Origin: Armatimonadota bacterium
GTDB taxonomy: Bacteria; Armatimonadota; SYMT01
Assembly: GCA_041690135.1 (NCBI GenBank)
Contig: JAWLHY010000003.1
Span: 288,001 to 352,000, forward strand
DNA length: 64,000 bases
Direction: 5' to 3'
How positions within the stretch are numbered: position 1 is the stretch's first letter; every line of letters starts with the position of its first letter. The notes under the pieces were generated by a model. It was not told the DNA's origin and did no database searches. It was given only the letters and a program-made list of their open reading frames with translations. Positions 39,589 through 49,260 of the stretch are shown here, piece after piece. Both the position numbers and the translations under genes were made by a program.

Positions 39589-40409
39589 GTACGCCGGATC
39601 GTGCGGGGCGGGAATCGGAGCTCGAGCCGGTCGAGGGGCTACTGCGGGAAGCGGCCGCGTGGGAGCCGGATGCTCCCGCGCCGGAAGGCCTGGCGGCACG
39701 AGCGCTGACCGTCGAGCTCAATCGACAGTCGGAAGCAGAAGAGCGACGGAAACAGCAGGCCCGGGTCGGGCTCTTCGGCGGCCTGTTTCTGGGTGCCAGC
39801 GCCGTCTCTGCTTCCGTGGCGCTCGCCTTCATCCGGCTGGCTCCCGCGCAGCCTCCGACGGAGAGGGGGGTCTCACCTAGGGCCAGCCGGGTGGAACAAC
39901 CGCTCTCGGACGCGGAATTGGAGAGGCCCGAGCGGAGCACCCCCGGAAAAAGCGTCGCCCCTGCACCCGCCGTCTCCACTACTGCTGCGCTCCGGAATGA
40001 TCGGAACCGCTTCCTCCCGCGGAGCCGCCGGAGCGTCGCTTACTCGCGGCCGGCACGGGACCGCCGGCCGACCCTTACCGCCGCGGCGCGCGCCGTGGAG
40101 CCCCCGGCTGCAGTATGGCGCGAGGAGAGGGTGCGCCACGAGGTAGCCGGGATGATTTCCACCGGATGGCTCCTGCATCAGGACCCCGAAAGCGGGGCCC
40201 TGGTCTTGAGCCCCGGGGTGCTCGATCTGCCGGCCCTGGCCCAAACCACGACAGCTACCTGTGAGAGCCCCGAAGCGGTGGAGATGTTGGAGGTGCCCGC
40301 ACAACCGGAGCCGGTCTCTTCCGCTCCGGATGCGGCAGCCGCGGAGCGCCCATCCGCAACCGGCTCCGGTGCAGCGCCCCCGGAGTCAGCACCGGTGGCA
40401 GAACCTTGA
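39585..40409 (+). CDS. Single-pass membrane protein, putative anti-sigma factor
   Basis: ATGA overlap with the ECF sigma gene; one TM segment (GLFGGLFLGASAVSASVALAFI) followed by a P/A-rich region. Confidence 0.6.
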   Translation: MSTPDRAGRESELEPVEGLLREAAAWEPDAPAPEGLAARALTVELNRQSEAEERRKQQARVGLFGGLFLGASAVSASVALAFIRLAPAQPPTERGVSPRASRVEQPLSDAELERPERSTPGKSVAPAPAVSTTAALRNDRNRFLPRSRRSVAYSRPARDRRPTLTAAARAVEPPAAVWREERVRHEVAGMISTGWLLHQDPESGALVLSPGVLDLPALAQTTTATCESPEAVEMLEVPAQPEPVSSAPDAAAAERPSATGSGAAPPESAPVAEP

Positions 40410-40494
40410 CCCACTTCCGATCCGTCCGATCCGCATCCCTAGCCCAGATTTCTCTATCGAAACCTGACTTCTAACGATCCAGAGGAGTGACACC

Positions 40495-41388
40495 ATGCGC
40501 AGTACCGGGTTCATCACCGCCGCCGTTCTCATCCTGGGCGCCGCCGCGACCGCCGGGGCCCAGTCCAACGCGGCCCCGGCCCAACCGCTGCGGCCGGCCG
40601 CGCCCCGGAACGCCCCTGCACGAGCTATCACCGTGCGGCCCGCGAAGCCCCAGGCACCCCGGCAACCTACCGTAGCCCAGCAACTCGCTGAATCGAAGCA
40701 GCACCTACTCCACGCCCTCACCATCCACGATAACGCGCGAGTGAGCCTGGATGTACAGGATTTGCTGGTCACCGATGCGCTCAAGCAGGCCCTGCAAAGT
40801 GCCGGTAAGGAGTTCATACTCGATCCGGATCTCCCGGCAGAACGCCGGGTGACCCTCAAGGCGCAGGACGTGAAGCTCTCCACCGCGCTCGATCTCATTA
40901 CCCAGTCGGCCGGTGCGGGTTGGCGCGTCGAATTGCGCGACGGAAAGCCAACCTATCGGGTGGGTAAATCGATGCGGACCGCCTTTGGCACTGTCGGCTT
41001 GAACTTCAGTGAAATCCGTCCGGAAACGCTTCGGGAGCAACTCCTTAACGTGCCGGAGATCACGCGCCAGTTCATCCCCCACGTGAACAACCTTTACCTG
41101 TTCGGGGCGGATGAGGAGCGGTCCACGTTCCACTGCCCCCACTGCAAGGGCCAGACGACCATGATCCGGCAGCGCCAGCAGCCCAAGTGCACGAAATGCA
41201 GTCGGGTCTTCCAGAAGGACTGGCAGTTCTGCCCCGCGGACGGCTCCAAGCGCCCCGCCGCGCCCAGCCAGTGGAAGTTCTGCCCGCACTGCGGCAAGGA
41301 AGTGAAGCCGGAGAAGGCCGCCATTCGCCTCACGCCTCCGACGGTACCCGATGCGGACGCGGTGGAGATAGAGGTCCGCCGCTTCTAG
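40495..41388 (+). CDS. Secreted protein with STN/secretin-N-like domain and C-terminal double zinc ribbon
   Basis: Signal peptide; VSLDVQD..VTDALK..RRVTLKAQDVKLSTALDLI; CPHC, CTKC, CPADG, CPHCG. Confidence 0.7.
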   Translation: MRSTGFITAAVLILGAAATAGAQSNAAPAQPLRPAAPRNAPARAITVRPAKPQAPRQPTVAQQLAESKQHLLHALTIHDNARVSLDVQDLLVTDALKQALQSAGKEFILDPDLPAERRVTLKAQDVKLSTALDLITQSAGAGWRVELRDGKPTYRVGKSMRTAFGTVGLNFSEIRPETLREQLLNVPEITRQFIPHVNNLYLFGADEERSTFHCPHCKGQTTMIRQRQQPKCTKCSRVFQKDWQFCPADGSKRPAAPSQWKFCPHCGKEVKPEKAAIRLTPPTVPDADAVEIEVRRF

Positions 41389-41412
41389 GTGCTCCCACCA
41401 CCGGCAATGACA

Positions 41413-41470
41413 GACAGAAGGGGGAAGGGAAACGCTCCGGCCATCAGCGTCTCCCTTCCCCCTTCTGTCC
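41413..41470. terminator. Hairpin between convergent genes
   Basis: GACAGAAGGGGGAAGGG...CCCTTCCCCCTTCTGTC inverted repeat. Confidence 0.6.
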
Positions 41471-41491
41471 ACTCGCCCTCGGTTTCTACTC

Positions 41492-43213
41492 TTACTCCGC
41501 AGCCCCCATCAATCCCGGCAGCAGCGGTTCATCCGCTCCCCCCGGCCGGGCGATGCCGAGGATATAGGAGAGACTGGGAGCTACCTGGGCCGGGCTCACC
41601 CGGTTGAGGTAAGTTCCCTTCCGCACTCCGGCGCCGGCCATCAAGAGCGGCACATGCGTGTCGTAGGTGAACGGCACCCCGTGCGAGGTTCCCGTCCCGA
41701 CCGCCTTGGACCCCGAAAGCCAGTGCGGATGGAGCAGGATCACGACATCGCCGGAGCGCTCGGGATGCACGCCATGCGTGATCCGGCTGCCCAGGGCGTT
41801 GCGGGGCACCTGACCCGATAGGACCGCGCTCTTACCGATGGCCATGTAAACGCCCGGTACTGCGCGCACTGCCTCGGCCGCGATCTGCTCGAGCCGCGCC
41901 CGCGGTTCGGAGGGGTGTGCCGCCAGCGCTTCGGGGTTGAAGTAGAGCTCACCGTTATCGCCGCTGGCGATCCACTTGGCCGGCGCCACGGCGGTATCCA
42001 GGGCCTTGTCCGCCGCGCCCGCGATGTCGGCGGAAATCGCCCGCGCCACGGTCACGCCCATGCCGGCCAGCACCTCTGGCACATTGGCGCAGCCGTGGTC
42101 CGAAGAGAGCGCGATGGTGACCCGCGAGAGCCCGCCTGGCACCTGATCTTCAAGGAACTGGAAGAAATCGGCCAACTGGCGGTCCGTTTGCACGGAGATG
42201 TCCAGCACCTCCGCGCTGTCGGGCCCGTACTTGTGGCCCACGTAGTCGTTGCTGGAGAGGTTGATCGTCAGCAGGTCCGGGATCTCGTCTTGCCCCAGCT
42301 TCTCCGCCTTCACCGCCTTCTTACAGCTTTCGAAAACAAACGCGTTCCCGGCGGGGCTGGTGGCAAAGGAGCCGTATCCCGACCCGGCCAGCGAATGGCT
42401 GAAGGCGACCGGCTTCCCCTGTGGGTTCCAGACGCGGCGCAACGCCGCGGCATCGACGGTAGGCTCCCAGGCGGTGCGCTTCAGCTCCGCGGCCAGGGCC
42501 CGGCCATTGAACTCTTCCACCCATCCCGGCAGCTTTTTGTCGGGCGCGTAGGCCGTGCTCGTAACCCATCCACCGGTGTCCTCGTCGAACCAGACCACCG
42601 TGTCGCTGCGGTGGCCGCTGAGCAGGATCGAGGCACGGTCCTTCAGGGCAATGGAGACGGTCCGCGCCTGCCCACCCGTCGCCAACTCCAGCTCGTCACC
42701 CACGGTGGAAGTCAGCAAGTTCCGCGCGGACATCGGTTTCTCTTTGCTGCCGGACTGGGCACCTACCACTTCGCTCTTCTTGTCGTCCACACAGTAAACC
42801 GACTTGCCGGTAGCGCGGTCCCACCAGGAGTTGCCGACGACTCCGCTCACATAGGGCTGGGCTCCCGTTCCGAGGATCGCGTGACCGGCGGCGGTCACCG
42901 TGCGGTGGTGCTGGTACTGGCAGTCGGGATACCAGGCGCCCTGCTCCTGCAGGTAGCGGAAGCCGCCCACCATGCGTCCCCTTCCGGCTGGGAGGTAGAG
43001 ATCGCTGAAGCGGCTGATGTAGTCCGCCCGGCACTGATCGATGCTGATCAGGACGGCGAGGCGCGGCCGGAGGTTCTCGCCGGCGGCGTTCGGGCGGGGC
43101 TGTGTCTCACCGGCCGTCGCCGGGGTGCCGACCCCCAGGGAGGTCAGGCCAACCACACCGGTTGCGGCGGCCAGGAGAGAAGTAAGGGTCAAGGCGAGCG
43201 AGCGTTGGCGCAT
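41492..43213 (-). CDS. Alkaline phosphatase superfamily protein (PafA/PhoK-like)
   Basis: ISIDQ, TVTAAGHA..TG (Thr nucleophile), SIALKDRA, DYVGHKYGP, SSDHG, YDTHVPL. Confidence 0.9.
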   Translation of the reverse strand: MRQRSLALTLTSLLAAATGVVGLTSLGVGTPATAGETQPRPNAAGENLRPRLAVLISIDQCRADYISRFSDLYLPAGRGRMVGGFRYLQEQGAWYPDCQYQHHRTVTAAGHAILGTGAQPYVSGVVGNSWWDRATGKSVYCVDDKKSEVVGAQSGSKEKPMSARNLLTSTVGDELELATGGQARTVSIALKDRASILLSGHRSDTVVWFDEDTGGWVTSTAYAPDKKLPGWVEEFNGRALAAELKRTAWEPTVDAAALRRVWNPQGKPVAFSHSLAGSGYGSFATSPAGNAFVFESCKKAVKAEKLGQDEIPDLLTINLSSNDYVGHKYGPDSAEVLDISVQTDRQLADFFQFLEDQVPGGLSRVTIALSSDHGCANVPEVLAGMGVTVARAISADIAGAADKALDTAVAPAKWIASGDNGELYFNPEALAAHPSEPRARLEQIAAEAVRAVPGVYMAIGKSAVLSGQVPRNALGSRITHGVHPERSGDVVILLHPHWLSGSKAVGTGTSHGVPFTYDTHVPLLMAGAGVRKGTYLNRVSPAQVAPSLSYILGIARPGGADEPLLPGLMGAAE

Positions 43214-43317
43214 GGTGGTGCAGAGAGTACGGCGGTCGTGAGAAATGCAAACTAACCGGATGAACTATAGCATACCTCTACCGCCCCGCGAACTTTAACG
43301 GTTGATAAGACCGGCAT

Positions 43318-43349
43318 AAAAAAGGACCGGAGCCTTACGGCTCCGGTCC
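43318..43349 (-). terminator. Intrinsic terminator of the minus-strand surface protein gene
   Basis: GGACCGGAGCC-N4-GGCTCCGGTCC stem followed by T6 on the minus strand. Confidence 0.85.
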
Positions 43350-43400
43350 CCAATTGGGGTGGAGCGGGAAGCATTCTTCCCGCTCCACGATGGATCTCGA

Positions 43401-46400
43401 TTACCGGCGGCGGCTCACGCCGACGCGGATCTTGATGTCGTTCTTGCCGCGGCCGGGCTTCACCAGGGTGCTTCCCAGGCTGATTTCCCCGTCCGGCGTC
43501 AGGAGCGAGATTTGGAACCGGTCGCTGCCGACGCCCGGAGTACCGGCGTCGAGCACGTCCACGCGCGCCGGCACCGGGCCGTAAGCCGAGGTGCGGGCAG
43601 TGCCGAAGATCGACGCCACGCGGCCGTCCAGGTACTCGGAACAGGTGACCGCGCTGATCTGCGTCAGGCGGGCCTTGAAGGTGCGGCCGAGGTCGCCCGG
43701 CACGCCTTCCGGCAGGTCCACTTCACCCACGATCGTGAAGTTCGCCGCACCGCGACCACCCAGCTCGGTGCCGTTAACACCCAGGTGGAAGAAGCCGCGA
43801 ACCGGCACCACGCGACCGCCGCGGATGGTGCGGCTGCCGACCAGTACCGCGCCGTCACCGCTGATCGCGCAGTTCGCCTGGCTGATCGGAATGTCGACCA
43901 CGAAGGAGTCGCTCTGTTCCGGCTCACCCGGATCGCACTGGCCGTCGTTGTCCTGGTCGATGCACGCGGTAACCGTGATCGCCTGCGACGTCGGGAACCG
44001 CGGCGTGTAGCAGAAGACCGCTTCGCCGTTGGCGTCCGTCGTCACGGAGGCGTCCACGTCCACGAACCCGCCGCCCTTGCTGCCGGTCGGGAACGGACCG
44101 GAGCCGTTATCGGGATCGATGCCCGGCTCGCCCTCGATGTCGAACAGCACGGTGGCGCCCGGGAACGGATCGCCGCACTGGTCGAGCACGAGCGCGGTGT
44201 AGCAGACTTCCTCGTCCACCTGGACCGCGGAGCCTTCCGGCTCACGGAACAGGAAGAGCTGGGTGGGGAAGCGCTCTTCGACAGTAGCCGTGACGGTGAC
44301 GGTGCCGGTGCAGCCGGCGCTGTCGGTCGCCACGTAGGTGATGTTGAACGTCCCCACCGTCTGCGGCGTGAAGGTGGCGTTCACCGTGAGCGGGTTGCCG
44401 GCCGAAGGCAGGCTCACCCCGTGCGAGACGCCGGGCACGGCCGGGGTCTGCTCGAGGTTGATCGTGTCCCCGGCGTCCGCGTCGCTGGCCGTGATGGTGT
44501 AGTTCACCGTCTGGCCCACGCAAAGGACCCCCAGGTTGGTCACGCTCGCCTGCACCACCGGAGCGGTGTCGATGCGCACGTTGACCGTGAGCGTGGTGAC
44601 GCAGCCTTCCGCATCGGTGACCGTGAAGGTCTGCGGGTAGGTGCGGTCGGGATCGCCATCCGCCTGGACCTGCGCCTCGGTGGGCGCGGTGATCAGCAGG
44701 GTGGCCCCAGCCGGGTCGCCGGTGTTCGGCAGGCTGCCGCCGGTTACCGTGATGCTGCCGGGGAACGGCGTGCTGGTCTGGGCCAGCGTGACGTTGCCCG
44801 CTTCCACGTCATCCCCGGTGAGGACCAGGGTGGTGGTGTTGTCCGGGCCGGGGGACGGGCACAGGGTGACCGTGCCGCCATTCGCCACCGCGACGCCATT
44901 GGCGGTCGCGCTGAGGGTCGGGGCATTCGTCACCTGCACTTCGAGCGTGAAGACCTCTTCGCAGCCCGTGTCGTCGCGGGCCGTGTAGACCAGCGTGATC
45001 GGGGTTCCACCCGTGGTGACGTCGGAAGCATCCGGCGTCCAGGTGAAGCGGGAGGTCGCCGGGTTGGCGTCCAGCACCAGCGTGTCGCCGGCCGGGTCAA
45101 GACCGTCGTCGTCGCCGAAGAAGTTCGGCGCGTGGGTGGCGCCCACCGGCGTGCCGGTCACGAAGAGGCTCACCAGGTCGCTCGCGTCGGGGTCGGAAGC
45201 GCTTACGTCGAAGGTAAGCGTTTCACCCACACAGACGGTCACGGAAGAACCGCTGGTCGGAGAGCCCGTATCCGGGGAGAGCTGGCTCACGGCGATGACC
45301 GGGTCCGTCTCCACGTTCAGCACGATCGTGCTGGTGGTGGTTTCCCCCAGCGCGTCCGTAGCGGTGAACTGCAGGTTGAAGGTCTGACCGTCCAGCAGTT
45401 CGGTCTGGGCGCCCGTCAGGGAGAAGGTCGCCGTGGCCGGGTCCCCCGCCGTCGCGTTGAACGTCGCGCCCGCCGGCAGGCCGGAGGCGGTGATGTTCAC
45501 CGGAGCGTCGTTGTCGGGATCATCCGCGGTCAGGTTGATCGTCACCGGGTCGCCGGGGCAGATGTCCAGCGGGCTGGACTGGTCCGCGATGAGCCCCGGC
45601 TCCGTGTTAATGCGGATCGGGATGTCGACGCGGCAGATCAGGCCCTCGCCGTCCGTGGAGAAGAACTGCGCCACATAGTTACCCGGCACGTCAGGGACGT
45701 TGTAGGAGAACGTCTGGCTCACGTTGCCGTCCGTGTCGCTGACGACGCCGAACGCCGGCGGGCTCGGCAGGTTATCCAGATCGGCGCTGAGCGTGATGTC
45801 GCCGCCGTCCGGATCGATCGCCGTCAGGCCGATGTTGATCGTCTGCCCCGGATTCACCGTGTAAGCCGGCGTGACGGGGTCCGCCGCCAGAACGGGGGCC
45901 GAGCCGACGACCGGGTCGTTGACGGTGATCCCGCCGGCATTGGCGAACGTCACGTCGCCGTTGGCCAGCAGCTTGCCGTTGATCGTGAGGCCGGACTCCA
46001 CGTTGATTCCCGCCACCGAGTCGGCGTCACCGGCGACGAAGAGACCGTTGAGCGGTGCTCCCGCGTCGAGGTCGACGCCGCCTTCGGCCAGGAACGCGAC
46101 GTTGCCCGCGTTCGCGCCGTTCGCGAGGGTAATTGCACCATCCACCTCCAGCGAACCGGTGGACATCCCGTCATTCCGGATAATGAAGATCCAGATGGCC
46201 TGCAGGTCGCTGGCGCCCCCGGCCGTCGCGTCGAGGGTAATCCCGCCCGCGCCGATCGCGGCCGGGCCGGCGATCGTGTAGGTGCCCGGAGGGTAGATGC
46301 CGACGCCCGCGCCTACGTTCTGTGCGGCCAGATCGCCGCTGGGGACGGTCACGCCGGTGGGGGCGAGCTGGGTCTGGACGAAGGTGATCCCGTTGTTGAG

Positions 46401-46679
46401 CTGCGTGAGCGCGTTTTGCGCTTCCAACTGGGAAGTCGTAGTGCCTTCGCCGGTTACGTTCAGGTTGGCGCCGGCATCGTTGATCGCGCCGACGGCGCCC
46501 ACGTTGCCGTTGCTGACGTCGACATCGCCAGCGCCGCTGACGTCAACATCCAGTCCGGCGAGCACCGCGAAGTTATCCGCGGCTCCCGTCGGGCGGTTTG
46601 CATACACAGGCACCAGGAGCGCTCCGGCAAGCAGGGTTGCCAGTACGCCGAGGTGCCTGCCTCGGAAGAGTCGGTTCAT
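43401..46679 (-). CDS. Large secreted protein: DUF3494 (ice-binding-like) beta-helix domain plus tandem acidic Ig/cadherin-like repeats
   Basis: GGAG RBS; signal peptide; NFAVLAG..GDL..PGTY..ITLDA..AIWIF..LANGANAGNV resembling DUF3494; repeated AxDPDxD / FTATD motifs. Confidence 0.72.
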   Translation of the reverse strand: MNRLFRGRHLGVLATLLAGALLVPVYANRPTGAADNFAVLAGLDVDVSGAGDVDVSNGNVGAVGAINDAGANLNVTGEGTTTSQLEAQNALTQLNNGITFVQTQLAPTGVTVPSGDLAAQNVGAGVGIYPPGTYTIAGPAAIGAGGITLDATAGGASDLQAIWIFIIRNDGMSTGSLEVDGAITLANGANAGNVAFLAEGGVDLDAGAPLNGLFVAGDADSVAGINVESGLTINGKLLANGDVTFANAGGITVNDPVVGSAPVLAADPVTPAYTVNPGQTINIGLTAIDPDGGDITLSADLDNLPSPPAFGVVSDTDGNVSQTFSYNVPDVPGNYVAQFFSTDGEGLICRVDIPIRINTEPGLIADQSSPLDICPGDPVTINLTADDPDNDAPVNITASGLPAGATFNATAGDPATATFSLTGAQTELLDGQTFNLQFTATDALGETTTSTIVLNVETDPVIAVSQLSPDTGSPTSGSSVTVCVGETLTFDVSASDPDASDLVSLFVTGTPVGATHAPNFFGDDDGLDPAGDTLVLDANPATSRFTWTPDASDVTTGGTPITLVYTARDDTGCEEVFTLEVQVTNAPTLSATANGVAVANGGTVTLCPSPGPDNTTTLVLTGDDVEAGNVTLAQTSTPFPGSITVTGGSLPNTGDPAGATLLITAPTEAQVQADGDPDRTYPQTFTVTDAEGCVTTLTVNVRIDTAPVVQASVTNLGVLCVGQTVNYTITASDADAGDTINLEQTPAVPGVSHGVSLPSAGNPLTVNATFTPQTVGTFNITYVATDSAGCTGTVTVTATVEERFPTQLFLFREPEGSAVQVDEEVCYTALVLDQCGDPFPGATVLFDIEGEPGIDPDNGSGPFPTGSKGGGFVDVDASVTTDANGEAVFCYTPRFPTSQAITVTACIDQDNDGQCDPGEPEQSDSFVVDIPISQANCAISGDGAVLVGSRTIRGGRVVPVRGFFHLGVNGTELGGRGAANFTIVGEVDLPEGVPGDLGRTFKARLTQISAVTCSEYLDGRVASIFGTARTSAYGPVPARVDVLDAGTPGVGSDRFQISLLTPDGEISLGSTLVKPGRGKNDIKIRVGVSRRR

Positions 46680-47195
46680 TTTTTCTCCTTGGGTGGACAT
46701 GTCCAACCGGAGGGCGCCGCTGCAGCCGGAGCCAAATCCCCTCACGAATGTCCGGCCCGCCACGCTCCTGTTCCAGAGTTTCGGGGTGTGGCGCGTCACG
46801 TGTCCTGCGTCGTGAGGATATGCTTCCGGTCCGAACGGCGCCGGTTTCCAGTCGTCAGGCGAACCGTGTGTGATGGACGCAAAGTGCCAGGAGAACAGAA
46901 CAGCTCCCGGCGCCACAGTTCCACCGGTGCCGGCAGAATGCCGGAGGGGCGTGAGAAGCCCCGACACTGGTGAGGAACTGTAGAGGTTAGTTCAGGCCGC
47001 GACACGCGTACCGGCGTCCGGTCTCCGGAATGGGGACCGAGCGACGACAACCACGTTTCGCGACCCAGGGGGCTGCGATACCAGCCCCAGGAATGCTCGA
47101 TCGCACCCCCTACGGAAGATACCCGGTCCCGCAGGCAAGCAAACTTCTGCCTAAATCACAAATGAGCAAGGACCGCGACTTATATACCACCGATC

Positions 47196-47220
47196 CGAAA
47201 GGTTGTAAACCAACCTTTCG
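47196..47220. promoter_or_regulatory. Perfect palindrome in the divergent intergenic region (candidate operator)
   Basis: CGAAAGGTTG-taaac-CAACCTTTCG, 10-bp arms. Confidence 0.5.
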
Positions 47221-47390
47221 CTTAAGCGTGGTCCGATGGAGCTAGCCGCCTGCCTGACCGGTCTCCCGTCGGCATTATGCCGCAGGTTCGTGCAATTACG
47301 CAGGCGGTTTTTCTAGGGACGGCGAAATAAAGAGACGAATCGGAACAACTACAATTCAAGCGAGTTGCAAAGGGCACAAGGAGGTGCGCC

Positions 47391-48935
47391 ATGCCGTTCG
47401 TGGATCGAATCATTCAGTTTCTGCAGTCGCAGCAGGGCGAGCGGATCGTGCTGGAAAACGATCAGAACTGCGTCGTCTATCGGCCGGGTGGGTCCAGCGC
47501 TCCCACGCGGGATCGCCTCACTTACGAGCAGATCTACAAGCTGGTGACGGAGATCCTGCCGGAAGATCGGAAAGGCGATTTCCAGTTGGGAGAACCGGTG
47601 CTGTTCCAGTACGCTTACGGCGGCGGGTCGATGGACATCGACGTCGCGCGCGTGGACGGCGGAATCCGGGTCAGTATCGGCGTCACGCAGCATCGCGAGA
47701 TGCCGTCGGCGCCTTCCGCAGTCGCCGCACCCTCCGTTCCCTCTACCCCCTCCGTTCCCTCCAACGGGGCGACGCATTCCCTGTCTCTGCCGGCGGAACC
47801 GGTTTTCGCCGGCACGGAACGACCGGTGGAGCACATGGACGAACTGTTCCGCCTGTTGAAGGAGATGGAAGCCTCGGACCTGCATATGAGCTCCAATGAG
47901 AAGCCGATGGTGCGCGTACATGGCCTGATGAAGAAGCTCGAGCAGTTCGAGAGGAACACTCCGGAGCGTCTCAAGGAGCTTCTGTGGCAGATCGCTCCCC
48001 AGCGGAACCGCGACGAATGGGAGCGGGACCACGATACCGACTTCGCCTATGAGGTCGAGGGGGTGGCGCGCTTCCGGTGCAACTTCTTCCAGGACCGGCA
48101 TGGAGTGGGCGCAGTGTTTCGTCTCATTCCCAGCCAGGTGCTCACCGCCCAGCAGCTCAACCTGCCGCAGTCCGTCCTGGATCTTTGCTTCCTCTCGAAG
48201 GGGCTGGTGGTCGTGACGGGCCCGACCGGCTCCGGAAAATCAACCACCCTGGCGGGGATTGTGGATCATGTGAATAAACATCGGGATGATCACATCATCA
48301 CTATCGAGGACCCGGTCGAATTCGTGCACCAGAACCTTCGATGCCTGGTAAACCAGCGAGAAGTGCACGTGAATACGAACAGTTTTTCACGCGCGCTCCG
48401 GGCGGCTCTGCGCGAGGACCCCGATATCGTGCTCGTGGGCGAAATGCGGGACCTGGAGACGGTGGCTATTGCCATCGAAACGGCGGAAACCGGCCACCTC
48501 GTCTTCGGGACGCTGCACACCACCACGGCGGCGTCCACCGTGGACCGGATCATTGACCAGTTCCCGGCGGACCAACAGGAGCAGATCCGGGTGATGCTGT
48601 CGGAAACCTTGAAAGCGGTTATCGCGCAGACGCTCTGCCGCACCACGGACGGCAAGCGGTGTGCCGCCCTGGAGATCCTGTTGGTGGATCCCGCCTGCGC
48701 CAACCTGATCCGGGAAGGGAAGACGTATCAACTCCCCAGTATGATGCAGATCGGCAAGAGCCGCGGCTGCGTGACGATGAACGACAGCCTGTTCCACTTC
48801 GTCAAGGCAGGCCGGGTCGAGCCGAAAGAGGCCTACATCAAGTCCGTGGATAAGGCCGGGCTGCTCGGACTGTTCGAGCGCGAAGGGATCAACTTCAAGC
48901 TCGACCACGCCGCGGAGGCTGCCGCGAAGGCATGA
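47391..48935 (+). CDS. pilT: Type IV pilus twitching motility ATPase PilT with extra N-terminal domain
   Basis: ASDLH, GPTGSGKSTT, TIEDPVE, ALREDPD..VGEMRD, TGHLVFGTLH, ACANLIRE (AIRNLIRE-like). Confidence 0.9.
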   Translation: MPFVDRIIQFLQSQQGERIVLENDQNCVVYRPGGSSAPTRDRLTYEQIYKLVTEILPEDRKGDFQLGEPVLFQYAYGGGSMDIDVARVDGGIRVSIGVTQHREMPSAPSAVAAPSVPSTPSVPSNGATHSLSLPAEPVFAGTERPVEHMDELFRLLKEMEASDLHMSSNEKPMVRVHGLMKKLEQFERNTPERLKELLWQIAPQRNRDEWERDHDTDFAYEVEGVARFRCNFFQDRHGVGAVFRLIPSQVLTAQQLNLPQSVLDLCFLSKGLVVVTGPTGSGKSTTLAGIVDHVNKHRDDHIITIEDPVEFVHQNLRCLVNQREVHVNTNSFSRALRAALREDPDIVLVGEMRDLETVAIAIETAETGHLVFGTLHTTTAASTVDRIIDQFPADQQEQIRVMLSETLKAVIAQTLCRTTDGKRCAALEILLVDPACANLIREGKTYQLPSMMQIGKSRGCVTMNDSLFHFVKAGRVEPKEAYIKSVDKAGLLGLFEREGINFKLDHAAEAAAKA

Positions 48936-48947
48936 TGTAGAAGCAAA

Positions 48948-49230
48948 GTGGGGCGGGCGTCTCGCCCGCCCTCGTACGTACGAAGACCGGGGAACCCGTG
49001 CCTCGGGTTGAAACCGCGCGCCTGACTCACCGAAGCCCCTTCTCCCCGGATTGAAATCCGGGGCTGGCCGACCGAAGTCCGCCGTCGCGGACTCCGATCG
49101 CTAGTCCCGGATCTGCGAGCGCGGAACCCCGAACCGGTGCGCCGCAGGTTGAAACCGCGCGGCTGACTAACCCAAGTCGCACCCACGCCCACTCCGTGGG
49201 TACCCGGGCGTAAACCTGCGCGAACCCGCA
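48948..49230. repeat. REP-like repeat cluster
   Basis: GGGCGGGCGTCTCGCCCGCCC palindrome; GGTTGAAACCGCGCG..TGACT x2; CCCGGATTGAAATCCGGG. Confidence 0.7.
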
Positions 49231-49260
49231 ACTTTTACCACCCGCGGGGTGGCGGAACTC

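Noticed and set aside
46858-46915. Possible c-di-GMP-I riboswitch (GGCGAACC...GGACGCAAAG)
   Set aside because: No GNRA-capped P2 stem or convincing P3, antisense to the nearest gene and ~480 nt from pilT; would need an Infernal hit
43359-46973. 1204-aa plus-strand ORF
   Set aside because: Shadow of the minus-strand surface protein; an R/G/V/H-rich antisense frame kept open by GC3 bias
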